A DNA stretch of 64,000 nucleotides from Chitinophagales bacterium (lineage in GTDB: Bacteria > Bacteroidota > Bacteroidia > Chitinophagales > CAIOSU01), in assembly GCA_026003335.1 (NCBI GenBank), contig BPHB01000003.1, forward strand, positions 129,013-193,012, written 5' to 3'. Under the pieces are notes generated by a model. It did not search any database and was not told the DNA's origin. It was given only the letters and a program-made list of their open reading frames with translations. The translations under genes were made by a program, and so were the position numbers. Position 1 is the first letter of the stretch. Every line of letters starts with the position of its first letter. This document shows positions 36,123 through 45,212 of the stretch, piece after piece.

Positions 36123-36980
36123 ATGGAAAACAGGGAGCTTTCGGCACTGATTGCCTTACTGGATGATCCGGATGCAGAAGTCTACACTCAGGTATGCAGC
36201 AGGTTGCTTGCCTATGGCACGGAAATAATACCCCGCCTGGAAAATGCCTGGGAACGTACCATGGACCCCAGTGTGCAGAAACGCATTGAGGAAGTAGTGC
36301 ATAAAATACAATACAAGAGCCTTCAAAAAGACTTCAGAACCTGGGCTGAAAGCAACTCTTCCAACCTGTTGAATGGAGCTTATCTGGTGACAAGATATCA
36401 GTATCCAACCTTTGACGTCAAAGCAGCGGATGAGAAGATTGAACGCATCAGACGCACAATCTGGCTGGAGCTTAGTCATCACCTGTCGCCCCTGGAGCAG
36501 ATAAACATCTTTAATCATATTTTTTATACCGTTCTGGAATTTACTCCCAAGGCATCGTCTCAGAATTATTTTATTCATAGAACCCTGGAAAACAAATGTG
36601 GTAACGGATTGATGCTCGGCCTGCTGTATCTTATCATCGGCCAGGATTTGGATATTCCGGTCTATGGGGTAAGCTTACCGGGCAGGTTTTTCCTTACCTA
36701 TGCCCGTGAGCCTCTCCAGGCAACCGATAAGGATGGCGCACTGAGGGGGAAACTGCTTTTCTACATTAATCCACTTACCCGCGGCACTATTTACAGCCGC
36801 AGCGAGCTCATCATGGAACTGAAAAAAGTGGGTGAACGCATTGAACCTTCAGACCTTGTCCCCTGCGATAACAAAACCATTATCTCCCTGCTGCTGGAAA
36901 ACCTGATTGACATTTACCGGCAGGATGCACTTGTAAGCCGGATGGAAGAAATCCGCCAGCTGCTGAGAATTATTTCCTGA
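36123..36980 (+). CDS. SirB1/transglutaminase-like fold protein (UPF0162-like)
   Basis: 285 aa. Segment CGNGLMLGLLYLIIGQDLDIPVYGVSLPGRFFL resembles the SirB1 N-terminal transglutaminase-like family. Starts 1 nt after the topA stop. Confidence 0.5.
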   Translation: MENRELSALIALLDDPDAEVYTQVCSRLLAYGTEIIPRLENAWERTMDPSVQKRIEEVVHKIQYKSLQKDFRTWAESNSSNLLNGAYLVTRYQYPTFDVKAADEKIERIRRTIWLELSHHLSPLEQINIFNHIFYTVLEFTPKASSQNYFIHRTLENKCGNGLMLGLLYLIIGQDLDIPVYGVSLPGRFFLTYAREPLQATDKDGALRGKLLFYINPLTRGTIYSRSELIMELKKVGERIEPSDLVPCDNKTIISLLLENLIDIYRQDALVSRMEEIRQLLRIIS

Positions 36981-36992
36981 TGTCCGTTTTAC

Positions 36993-37739
36993 TCAGGAAA
37001 GACTTCCCCGTTTAATTACTTGTCCTGCAATTTTAAACTGCTGCATCAAAGCAGGTAACAGACCAAAGTGTTCTCGGGTGATGTGAAATCTTTCGGTGAC
37101 GGCAAGCCAGCGGTTGCGCGCTGAATAGCCGCCTTCCAGAAAATAACAAAAGGGAATATTCAGAAAAAGGGTGGTGCGGCACTGCTTTAGCACACGAATG
37201 CTCCAGTCAATATCATTGGCAATTTTCCATTTCAAATTAAATTCCGGTGCCAGTGATTTTTTTACAATCATGCTTTGATGACAAATTACCATGCCGTTTA
37301 TAAAACTGCGGGCGGTTAATTTCCCCTGTGGCGGGATGGGCTTATGCCATTTTCTTTCGTTCCCGTTTTCATCAATGCGTACAACATTGCCGTAGATGAA
37401 GTCTTCATTATGGCTGTCTCGGAAAATCTGCTTTACCGTTTGCGGACCATAAATACGGTCGCCCGCATTCATAAACCACAGGTAATCACCGGTAGCCATG
37501 CGCATACCCTTGTTCATGGCATCATACAAGCCTTGGTCAGGTTCGCTGTGCCATCGGCCTATGTGCCTCTCGTATTTTTTTATGACCGAAAGAGTGCCGT
37601 CTGTTGACCCGCCATCCACAAGGATATATTCCAGATGGGGATAGGTTTGTGAAACAATACTCTCTATGGTGCGCTCCAGAAATTGTTCTGCGTTAAAGCA
37701 CACCGTGATAATGGAAAGTTTCGGATTGTTGCCAGCCAT
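36993..37739 (-). CDS. family 2 glycosyltransferase
   Basis: 248 aa. LSIITVCFNAEQFLERTIESIVSQTY, VDGGSTDGT and NAGD motifs. Confidence 0.8.
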   Translation of the reverse strand: MAGNNPKLSIITVCFNAEQFLERTIESIVSQTYPHLEYILVDGGSTDGTLSVIKKYERHIGRWHSEPDQGLYDAMNKGMRMATGDYLWFMNAGDRIYGPQTVKQIFRDSHNEDFIYGNVVRIDENGNERKWHKPIPPQGKLTARSFINGMVICHQSMIVKKSLAPEFNLKWKIANDIDWSIRVLKQCRTTLFLNIPFCYFLEGGYSARNRWLAVTERFHITREHFGLLPALMQQFKIAGQVIKRGSLS

Positions 37740-37913
37740 TCGGGACGAAGTTAGCTGATGTGAGGCTTCATAAGGCAGGGCTTGTCAGACAAAAGGGAAT
37801 TCATGCTCTCATGTTGACGACCCAGCAGCAGGGTAACAGTCAGTGCATCAGCGTATCTTTGCCGTCACGCTTACAAAGCAGAATTACACGGCAGACTCCG
37901 GGCTTTCACAGAG

Positions 37914-39110
37914 TCATACATTTTCCGTTTTCCTGGGTTTTATGAATGTTTTACGATGTGTCACCTCATCCACCACCAGCTTGCTGATAATCTCATGCAT
38001 CACTTCAGTAGTGCCAGCGCCAATAGTCATCAGTCTGGTGTCACGGAAAGCGCGGGCAATGCCGTAATCCTCATGATAGCCCCAACCGCCATGAATCTGA
38101 AGTGCCTCATTCACCACTTTAAAACATTCTTCGGAAACAAACGCTTTTGCCATGGTGACTATTTTAATGGCTTCTGGTCCTTTCTCGATATACTCCTGAA
38201 CAGCGCGGAAAGTAATGGAGCGACACACTTCCACGCTGATGGCCATTTGAGCCAGCTTATGCCGGATGACCTGAAATTTGTTGATAGGTTTTCCGAAGGC
38301 TGAGCGTTCACGGGCATATTGTTTGGCTTTTTCCAGAGCAGCTTCCGCGCCATAGGTGCCCATGACAGCCGCAATGAGTCGCTCCTCCTGTATGTTATTC
38401 ATGCAGTAGTAAAAACCCATGTTTTCTTCACCGATGAGTGCCGATTTGGGTACTTTGCAGTTTTCAAAAAACAGCTGACCTGTATCTGAAGTGTGCATGC
38501 CCAACTTGTCATGCACCGGTATGGCTGAAAAACCCGGTGTTTGGGTATCAAAGAGTAAAAAACTCAGGTTGTAGCCTTCTCCGGTGCGCACAAGCAGTAC
38601 AACAAAATCAGCCATTGTGCCATTAGTAATCCACATTTTGGCACCGTTTACTAGGTAGTAGTCCCCTTTATCTTCTGCGCGTGTTTTAATTCCGCCCAGG
38701 TCAGATCCTACATCCGGCTCGGTAAGACCCAAGGCAGCAATCTTTTTCCCTTGCAGGGCAGGTTTGAGGTAGTTTTCTTTCTGCTCCGGTGTGCCAAGCG
38801 CATTGATCAGGGGCAATGGCAAGTAGGTATGTGCATAGAGTGACATGGACAATCCGCCCAATCCCGAATATGCCAGCTCCGAGGAAATAACCACCGCTGC
38901 CCACAGGTCCATTCCGCTGCCTCCCACTTCCTTGGGGAAGCTGACACCAAAAAAACCTAGTTCGCCCATGCGCTCAAAAATGTGGCGTGGGCATACCTTG
39001 TTCTTTTCCCATTCCCGTGCGTAAGGACTGATTTCAGTTTCCATAAATTGCCGAAACGACTGCCGCAGCAGTTCATGCTCTTCGGTAAATGGATTGGTCA
39101 GCGAGGTCAT
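37914..39110 (-). CDS. acyl-CoA dehydrogenase family protein
   Basis: 398 aa. GLTEPDVGSDL, WITNG and QIHGGWGY motifs. Catalytic Glu context IGAGTTEV. Confidence 0.88.
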   Translation of the reverse strand: MTSLTNPFTEEHELLRQSFRQFMETEISPYAREWEKNKVCPRHIFERMGELGFFGVSFPKEVGGSGMDLWAAVVISSELAYSGLGGLSMSLYAHTYLPLPLINALGTPEQKENYLKPALQGKKIAALGLTEPDVGSDLGGIKTRAEDKGDYYLVNGAKMWITNGTMADFVVLLVRTGEGYNLSFLLFDTQTPGFSAIPVHDKLGMHTSDTGQLFFENCKVPKSALIGEENMGFYYCMNNIQEERLIAAVMGTYGAEAALEKAKQYARERSAFGKPINKFQVIRHKLAQMAISVEVCRSITFRAVQEYIEKGPEAIKIVTMAKAFVSEECFKVVNEALQIHGGWGYHEDYGIARAFRDTRLMTIGAGTTEVMHEIISKLVVDEVTHRKTFIKPRKTENV

Positions 39111-39312
39111 AACTCTTTTTTTTATGCTAAGCTAATGATTTATTCGGAACCTCCTGAAGCGCCTGCAGGAAAGCATACTGCTATGCATGGCATAGGAAAG
39201 CGGTAGTATGATTTTGGTTTATGGTTGTTTTGTAAAAGTGTAGCTGATGTCCCGGCATATCCGCCCCTGCATATATTCCCCTGAAAATGCTATTTTTTAA
39301 AAAAATAAATGT

Positions 39313-41013
39313 ATGTCTGCCAGGCTGATTGTCTGGTTATCACTACTGCTTATCTTAAGGTACCCGGTTATCGGACAAAACTGTTTTTTCCCGCGTTATC
39401 TTGATTTCGTTGCTTCTGATGTGCTCATCTATACGGACATTCCGTTTGCCACGGTGAATCCTTATGGCATTATTCAGTCTCAGGAACTGAAACTGGATTT
39501 TTATGAGCCTTTCGGAGATACCCTTGCCCAAAGGCCGCTCATCATCTTTTCCTTTGGTGGGGCATTTCTCATTGGCGATAAGAGCCAGCCTTTCATTCCT
39601 GAGTTCTGTAAATTTTTTGCTAAACACGGCTATGCCGTTGCCGCTATCAACTACCGTACCGGCTTCAACACACTGGATCAGGGCAGTGCAGAGCGCGCTG
39701 CCTATCGTGCTGTGCAGGATATCAGGGCAGCAATGCGGTTTTTTGCTGAACTGTGGCAAACCTTCCGCATTGACACGAATTATATCTTCCTTGCCGGCAC
39801 CAGTGCCGGCTGTGTTGCCTCGCTGCATTCCACGTTTATGACCGAACAGCAAAGGCCTGCTTCTACGTACGGCACCTTGCTGGAACCCTCCGATCTGGGT
39901 TGCCCCGACTGCTCCGGAAACCACTTCTATGGCAACCGCGAGGTGCGGGTAAAGGGCATTATCAACTGCTGGGGCGCCATACTGGATACCCTCTATATTG
40001 ATGACCTGACGCGCGACAGCGTGCCGGTGATTTCCTTTCATGGAACGAATGACCTTATCGTTCCCTATACTTATGGCAATCCTTTTCAACTGCCCATCTT
40101 TCCCCCGATGTATGGCAGTCTGCTGATTCATCAAAGACTGGATAATATGAATATTTATAACACACTGCGTCCGTTTCCGGGTGCAGGTCATGAACCTGAA
40201 CTGCTGAATAGCTGGGCCTATGCAGATACCCTTTTTGAGGAAACCAAAAACTTTCTTTACAAGATTTTGAAACCCAACACTTCTCTTATTGACGGTCCCT
40301 TGACGGTTTGTGCTGGAGATACAGCAAGCTACAGCATAGTGCCGCATTCGGGAAGTCAGTATTGCTGGAATATTTCCGGAGGAATCATCCTGTCTCAAAA
40401 CGCGCATAGTGTCACCGTACTCTGGGATAACATCGGGCTGCAACAAATCTCTGTTCAGGAAAAAAACAGTCTGGGAGCAACAGGTGATTGGGTTATTTCA
40501 GCCTTAACTGTCGTTGCATTACCTCACGCTGATTTTCATTTTCAGCAGCATGACGGCCTTGTTTACTTTACCAATCATTCCAACGGCTCAGTAAAGTATT
40601 ACTGGGATTTTGGAGATGGACACTCCAGCCAGGAATATTCCCCTGCTCATATTTTTGCACCGGGAGTGTATCCTGTGCTTCTCATTGCTGAAAACAGTGC
40701 CGGATGCAGGGATAGCGTGGAGAAAATTATTGAAGTAGCACTTCCCACTTTCATTCCCGATGAAGAAGCCCCACCCACTTTGGATATATATCCAAACCCC
40801 GCCAGCTCAGCGTTTTTAATCCGATGCAGTGCCGGCACTCAACGACTATATACCCTAAGCCTTTACGATGTGGCCGGAAGAATGGTCTTGCGAAAAGACT
40901 TGATTGGCGATGAAAAAAAGGTGATTCACATAGCTCACTTACCGGCAGGTATCTATCAGGCTAAAGTGCAAACCCATAATAAGACTTTTTTCTGCAAGCT
41001 GATCAGGTTGTAA
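39313..41013 (+). CDS. secreted alpha/beta-hydrolase (esterase) with PKD domain and T9SS CTD
   Basis: 566 aa with a signal peptide. LDFYEP..PLIIFSFGGAFLIGDK and nucleophile elbow GTSAG. PKD motif WDFGDGHSS. CTD IYPNPASSAFLI...GIYQAKV. Confidence 0.75.
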   Translation: MSARLIVWLSLLLILRYPVIGQNCFFPRYLDFVASDVLIYTDIPFATVNPYGIIQSQELKLDFYEPFGDTLAQRPLIIFSFGGAFLIGDKSQPFIPEFCKFFAKHGYAVAAINYRTGFNTLDQGSAERAAYRAVQDIRAAMRFFAELWQTFRIDTNYIFLAGTSAGCVASLHSTFMTEQQRPASTYGTLLEPSDLGCPDCSGNHFYGNREVRVKGIINCWGAILDTLYIDDLTRDSVPVISFHGTNDLIVPYTYGNPFQLPIFPPMYGSLLIHQRLDNMNIYNTLRPFPGAGHEPELLNSWAYADTLFEETKNFLYKILKPNTSLIDGPLTVCAGDTASYSIVPHSGSQYCWNISGGIILSQNAHSVTVLWDNIGLQQISVQEKNSLGATGDWVISALTVVALPHADFHFQQHDGLVYFTNHSNGSVKYYWDFGDGHSSQEYSPAHIFAPGVYPVLLIAENSAGCRDSVEKIIEVALPTFIPDEEAPPTLDIYPNPASSAFLIRCSAGTQRLYTLSLYDVAGRMVLRKDLIGDEKKVIHIAHLPAGIYQAKVQTHNKTFFCKLIRL

Positions 41014-41502
41014 TCTACTGTGGTGCACGGGCAAGGCTTTTTGTGCGTTTACTTGCATGTTCTTTGCGCAAGCATGGCCGAGTATCGGAGTCTATGACTA
41101 AAAAACGATATCAGAATGTGGCCGAAAAGCAGGGGATAAAAGAGAGGTACAACGGCAAGGCAGCCTCCTGCAATCAATGGTCAGAAAGCCGCAGTTTGTG
41201 AAGCCGAAAATAAGGGAAGGTGCAGAAAGAGCAAGACTTTTACTCACTTATCTGTGCGGACACTTACGGCAGCGTTTGCCTGTTTTATAACTTTTGCAGC
41301 ATTTATGTTTTTTCTTCTTGAAAACAAAATTGGCAGCAAGTCGTTGAAGGGGGCACGGTGCCGGAGAAAAAGCTGAGGAGTGCATGATTTGCAAATATTG
41401 CACCTTTCAGTCTGATTTGCATTTCAGAAGATTAAAATACCTATGGGTAGTGAGTTACACTATTCTTTCAGATACTGCAACAATGTCATAAAGCAAATGT
41501 GC

Positions 41503-43647
41503 TTACAGTATGCATATTTTCCGTATGGTCACGGATTGATTTCCCGCCAGTTTAAGCAGGTAAAAACCGCCCGGAAGATCTCTGATATCAAGCGTAAAGG
41601 GCGATTTTCCTGAAGAAGTAAGAACAACCTCACGGCATACGTTGCCGGAGATATCAATGAGCTGTATCCGGTTAAAGTTTTCCCGTGCAAGTTCTATCTG
41701 CACGGTTTCCCTAGATGGATTAGGATATATCCTAACATCAGCAGAAGAAAGGGTAGGGGCTCCGGTTACGGACAGCTCTACGCGTATGTCGTCCAGGTAG
41801 AGCCGGTTGCCATACTGCGAATAGTTTTCAAATTTGAACTTCACTTTGTAATGTGCTGCAAGATGCATCACGGGTGCCCAGTCTTCACGCCACTCGTTTT
41901 GCTGAGGGATAAAAGCCTGTGTTTGAGGGGGCGCGGTTGCCAGTGCAGCTCCGCCACTGGCGTAAATGCGTGTCCAGGAGTAGCCGCAGTCAAGCGAGTA
42001 ATACACGATTAAAGAATCAGTGGAGTTGGAAATCCTTTGTGCATAAGCTACTTTAAAAGTAAGGTAAGGATAGAGGCTTGTGCGGAAATCATATTCCGGG
42101 GTGATGAGGCCGTCACGTTTCCCGGTGGGGTTTGTTCCGGTGTTGATGAAATTGTCAAAAACCATGGAGCCATTGGAACCTCCGTAGCCTATGCTGCTTA
42201 TATAAGCCCAGGTGCGGTCCCCATCAGAATTTTGAATATCCCACAGTACAGGCAGGCCGCCTGATTCAAAAGGTTCTGCTGTGGGAATGGGGTTGCCAAT
42301 ACCTATGGAGGAAATATTAAAAGTAATTTCCGCCCCGTCATTGGTGGCATTTTGGTCATTGCTTCCATTGACTCCGCTGACAAAGATGACTATTTCATGC
42401 ATTCCGAAAGCAAGATTCTGCACCGGCAGCTGGATGATTTGCCGGCTCAGGGAAGGAATCCAGCCATTCCATTCATATTGCTTCAGCGGGCCACCGTCAA
42501 TCTGATAGCTGAACGTAATGCTGGAGGCAGGCGAGCCACCGATGTTCCATACTTCTATAGTAGGAACCACATTCTCAACGCAGATATCCGCAGTGGGATA
42601 GATTAGCCGGGTGATAGCTACATCACGTGCATTCACCGTGGTGGGCACACAGCCATCGCTGGATAAAATGGAGCTTCTGAGGCTTTGCAACAGCAGGCTG
42701 GCCCTTGTTTTTTGCCCTGTGGTAAACATAGCGGAGCAGGCGTCATCGGTGTAGTCCATATAGTTCATAAACATATCGCCATTAGGGCCATTATTGCAGG
42801 AGATGTGAGGAAACTCAGGACAGCCATAGTTTTCAGAAGCCTGTACGGGCGTATCAGGGACCTGATCATCCTGATTACATGCGCCATTATCGTCTCCCCA
42901 GATGTGGAATAAGCCCAGCCAGTGCCCTACCTCATGAGTGGTTGTTTTGCCTCCCTCGTGTCCGGCAAGCAGATTGCCGGTGGTGCCAAAAGCTTTGTAG
43001 TCAATCACAATGCCATTAATGCTGTCGGCATCCCACGGGAAAGTGGCATAGCCGAGAGTGCCGGAGCTGGTGCCTCCCAGGCGCATGACCCAAATGTTGA
43101 GATAACGCTTCGGATCCCATATAGTGGAAGGTTTAAACTGATCAGCCTGGGTGATGTTCCAGATATTTCGCCCTCCGTTAATCCGCTGAATGCCGCTTGT
43201 AGGGAACCCTTGCGGGTCACGGGCAGCAAGGCAGAATTCCATTTCAAAATCAGCAATGAGCGGTTGAAATACGGCCGGTACCTGAGAAATGTTTACATCT
43301 TGCTTCTGAAAGTGCAGGTTCAGGGCTTCTATCTGAGATAAAATCTGGCTGTCGGGAATGTTTTCATCTACACCTAAAGAATCGCCATTATGTACTACGT
43401 GTACAACCACCGGAATGGTAACCCGTGCTTGCGGCCCTTTCCAGAGGGTATTTTGTTTTTCCTTCAGATTTTTTTCAATATGCGCATAGCGCCTGGCATA
43501 AACTGTATCCTGCTGCAGTCTTTCCCGAAAACGCGAGTCTGCAGCGCACCAGCCGGTAGATTGAGCCGATACCGGAGAATGATGTAAAAACAGAATGCTA
43601 CTAATTGCTGCATAGGAAAGAATCTGCAATAGGGTCGGGCGTATCAT
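41503..43647 (-). CDS. M43 (pappalysin/ulilysin-like) zinc metalloprotease with MAM-like domain and T9SS CTD, paralog 1
   Basis: ATG at 43647 (MIRPTLLQILSYAAISSILFL..AQS). Zincin motif HEVGHWLGLFHIWGDD. CTD IYPNPSRETVQIEL..GFYLLKL. Confidence 0.8.
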   Translation of the reverse strand: MIRPTLLQILSYAAISSILFLHHSPVSAQSTGWCAADSRFRERLQQDTVYARRYAHIEKNLKEKQNTLWKGPQARVTIPVVVHVVHNGDSLGVDENIPDSQILSQIEALNLHFQKQDVNISQVPAVFQPLIADFEMEFCLAARDPQGFPTSGIQRINGGRNIWNITQADQFKPSTIWDPKRYLNIWVMRLGGTSSGTLGYATFPWDADSINGIVIDYKAFGTTGNLLAGHEGGKTTTHEVGHWLGLFHIWGDDNGACNQDDQVPDTPVQASENYGCPEFPHISCNNGPNGDMFMNYMDYTDDACSAMFTTGQKTRASLLLQSLRSSILSSDGCVPTTVNARDVAITRLIYPTADICVENVVPTIEVWNIGGSPASSITFSYQIDGGPLKQYEWNGWIPSLSRQIIQLPVQNLAFGMHEIVIFVSGVNGSNDQNATNDGAEITFNISSIGIGNPIPTAEPFESGGLPVLWDIQNSDGDRTWAYISSIGYGGSNGSMVFDNFINTGTNPTGKRDGLITPEYDFRTSLYPYLTFKVAYAQRISNSTDSLIVYYSLDCGYSWTRIYASGGAALATAPPQTQAFIPQQNEWREDWAPVMHLAAHYKVKFKFENYSQYGNRLYLDDIRVELSVTGAPTLSSADVRIYPNPSRETVQIELARENFNRIQLIDISGNVCREVVLTSSGKSPFTLDIRDLPGGFYLLKLAGNQSVTIRKICIL

Positions 43648-43961
43648 GATTGTCTTTTGGGTTGAAGACTGAGTATCATTTTCGGACAAAAATACCGCTT
43701 GTGTCTTTAAGGCGCACACCGTTAGCACCGCCAAGGCATTTCGTGACGATATTTCCATGTTGAAACTCAGTTTTCCGCAATGCAATTGGGGGATTATGCA
43801 CAACGTTGAACGCAAAAGTCAGGAGGGGTTCTTTACACATCAGGCCAATAACCATTGCCCAATAAGGATAGATCAAATGAAATGCTGCTGTCGGTGCAGT
43901 GTGCCGAAACGAAACGCTGAATTGCTTTTGGTTTGAAAAGGATATCAAGAACGATAGTCCG

Positions 43962-44296
43962 CTACCTCATCACCGTCACGCTGCATTTTTTCATCACCTC
44001 CGCACCGTTGCGGCAAAGGGCGCGCACGTAATAGACGTACACCTCGGCCATCGCATTGCTCCCCCGCCCTGAATTCCATAGGGTGTTGTGGTAAAGGCCC
44101 GTCCACCCGTCCGGATAAGTTCCGTCCCACCCTTCATCAGTCCGGTTTGATTGGTAAACCTGATTGCCCCAGCAGTTAAATATTCTGAAGTCTTTGAGCG
44201 TGATACCATCGGCAGCGCGTACAAACAACTTGTATTCCGCTCATCACCATGGGGGGTGAAGGCATGAGGCACAAAAATATTGCTTGCATGATGCTT
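43962..44296 (-). pseudogene. orphan, frameshifted T9SS type-B (gliding-motility-associated) C-terminal domain remnant
   Basis: One frame reads NIFVPHAFTPHGDE, preceded by a stop at 44297-44299. The next frame, after two TGA codons, reads AEYKLFVRAADGITLKDFRIFNCWGNQVYQS..GWDGTY..VYVYYV..CSVTVMR. Together these match the CTD consensus (FTPNGDG..F.IFNRWG..GWDG..G.VTLIR) without any upstream protein body. Confidence 0.65.
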
Positions 44297-44544
44297 TTAC
44301 AGGTCCCGTAAAAAGGATAACCCACACCTGAAAGTCCACGAACGATGGAAACCCCGCTGCGAATGAAAGGTGACCTTGTATGATGTATGAAAAATTACGG
44401 TACATGTCAGAAGAAACTTTGATAGTGATATGTTTAAGAGAACATCCTTTTTTCTGACTTGTAAAGCGAAAAAGGAAACAAAAAATCAGTTTTATCAACT
44501 ATCCTGCCTTTCAGCTTTTTGTGTAAATATAAATACGTGCGGGT

Positions 44545-45212
44545 TGAATTACCGGATGACCACAATGCGGGTTACAGCGGTGAAAGCCTGAGTTTTTATT
44601 TTGAGCAGATACAAGCCGGTAGGAACATCCGGTAAGGGCAGGGTATGTTGTCCGGCCGGGAGATGAATGGTTTCAGAGGAGAGCTGTCTTCCTGTTTGCT
44701 CATAGAAGGTGATGAGGAGTTGGTTTTGTTGCGGTATGTGTAAAGAGATATACACTTTTCCGGAGGAGGGGTTGGGGAAAACCGAAAACACCAGATTATC
44801 GGAGAAGAGATGAGAAATGCCTACCGTGTTGTCAGGCACATAGGATACCGAAAAGGAAGCGGTAGCCGAACATCCATTGACGTCAGTAACCGTCAGCAGA
44901 TAATCTCCGGCAAAGAGGTTGTGGAGAGCGGGCGTAGTAGCTCCATTGCTCCAGAGAAAAGCATAGGGAGGAGAGCCACCGGTAACGGTGACAGAGATAC
45001 TGCCTGTTGCCAGGCCGGCACTGTCAGGTGTTACAGAAAAAGAGCTGATAGAAACGCCCGGACCAGCATCAACAATAATGGATTGAGAGACAGAGCAGCC
45101 GTTGGCATCGGTAACGGTAACGGCATGAGAGCCTTTATTCAGGTTGGTGACCGTAGAAGAAGTAGAGTTGTTGGACCACAGGAAAGAGTAGGGAGGGGTG
45201 CCCCCTGAAACT
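44545..45212. repeat. 668-bp direct repeat, copy A (3' end of M43 paralog 2)
   Basis: Aligned by eye, base for base, with 49250..49917 (offset 4705); no mismatch seen. It covers the last two SprB repeats, the T9SS CTD, the stop codon and 4 nt beyond. Confidence 0.9.

Noticed and set aside
36974-36999. 7-bp inverted repeat TTCCTGA-n12-TCAGGAA embracing both convergent stop codons (36978-36980 and 36993-36995)
   Set aside because: The stem is AT-rich and there is no T tract, so it may be coincidental. Not called.
39355-40446. 363-aa minus-strand ORF opposite the esterase gene
   Set aside because: The plus-strand frame carries the signal peptide, GTSAG nucleophile elbow, PKD motif and T9SS CTD. 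The antisense product is Arg/Gly/Ile-rich with no motif. It is a shadow ORF.
41014-41502. 489-nt gene-free region, examined for tRNA, sRNA or small ORFs. It contains a 35-aa basic ORF at 41094..41201 and a short tgatttgca duplication near 41385-41430.
   Set aside because: No tRNA-like T-arm or acceptor pattern and no strong hairpin were seen. The 35-aa ORF has no supporting signal. An Rfam scan would be needed.
43676-44498. ORFs 43676..43948 (90 aa) and 44244..44498 (84 aa) in the gap between M43 paralogs 1 and 2
   Set aside because: The first overlaps the upstream region and signal-peptide region of paralog 1 in another frame. The second has no motif and lies upstream of the CTD relic. Only the CTD remnant (43962-44296) has recognisable content.
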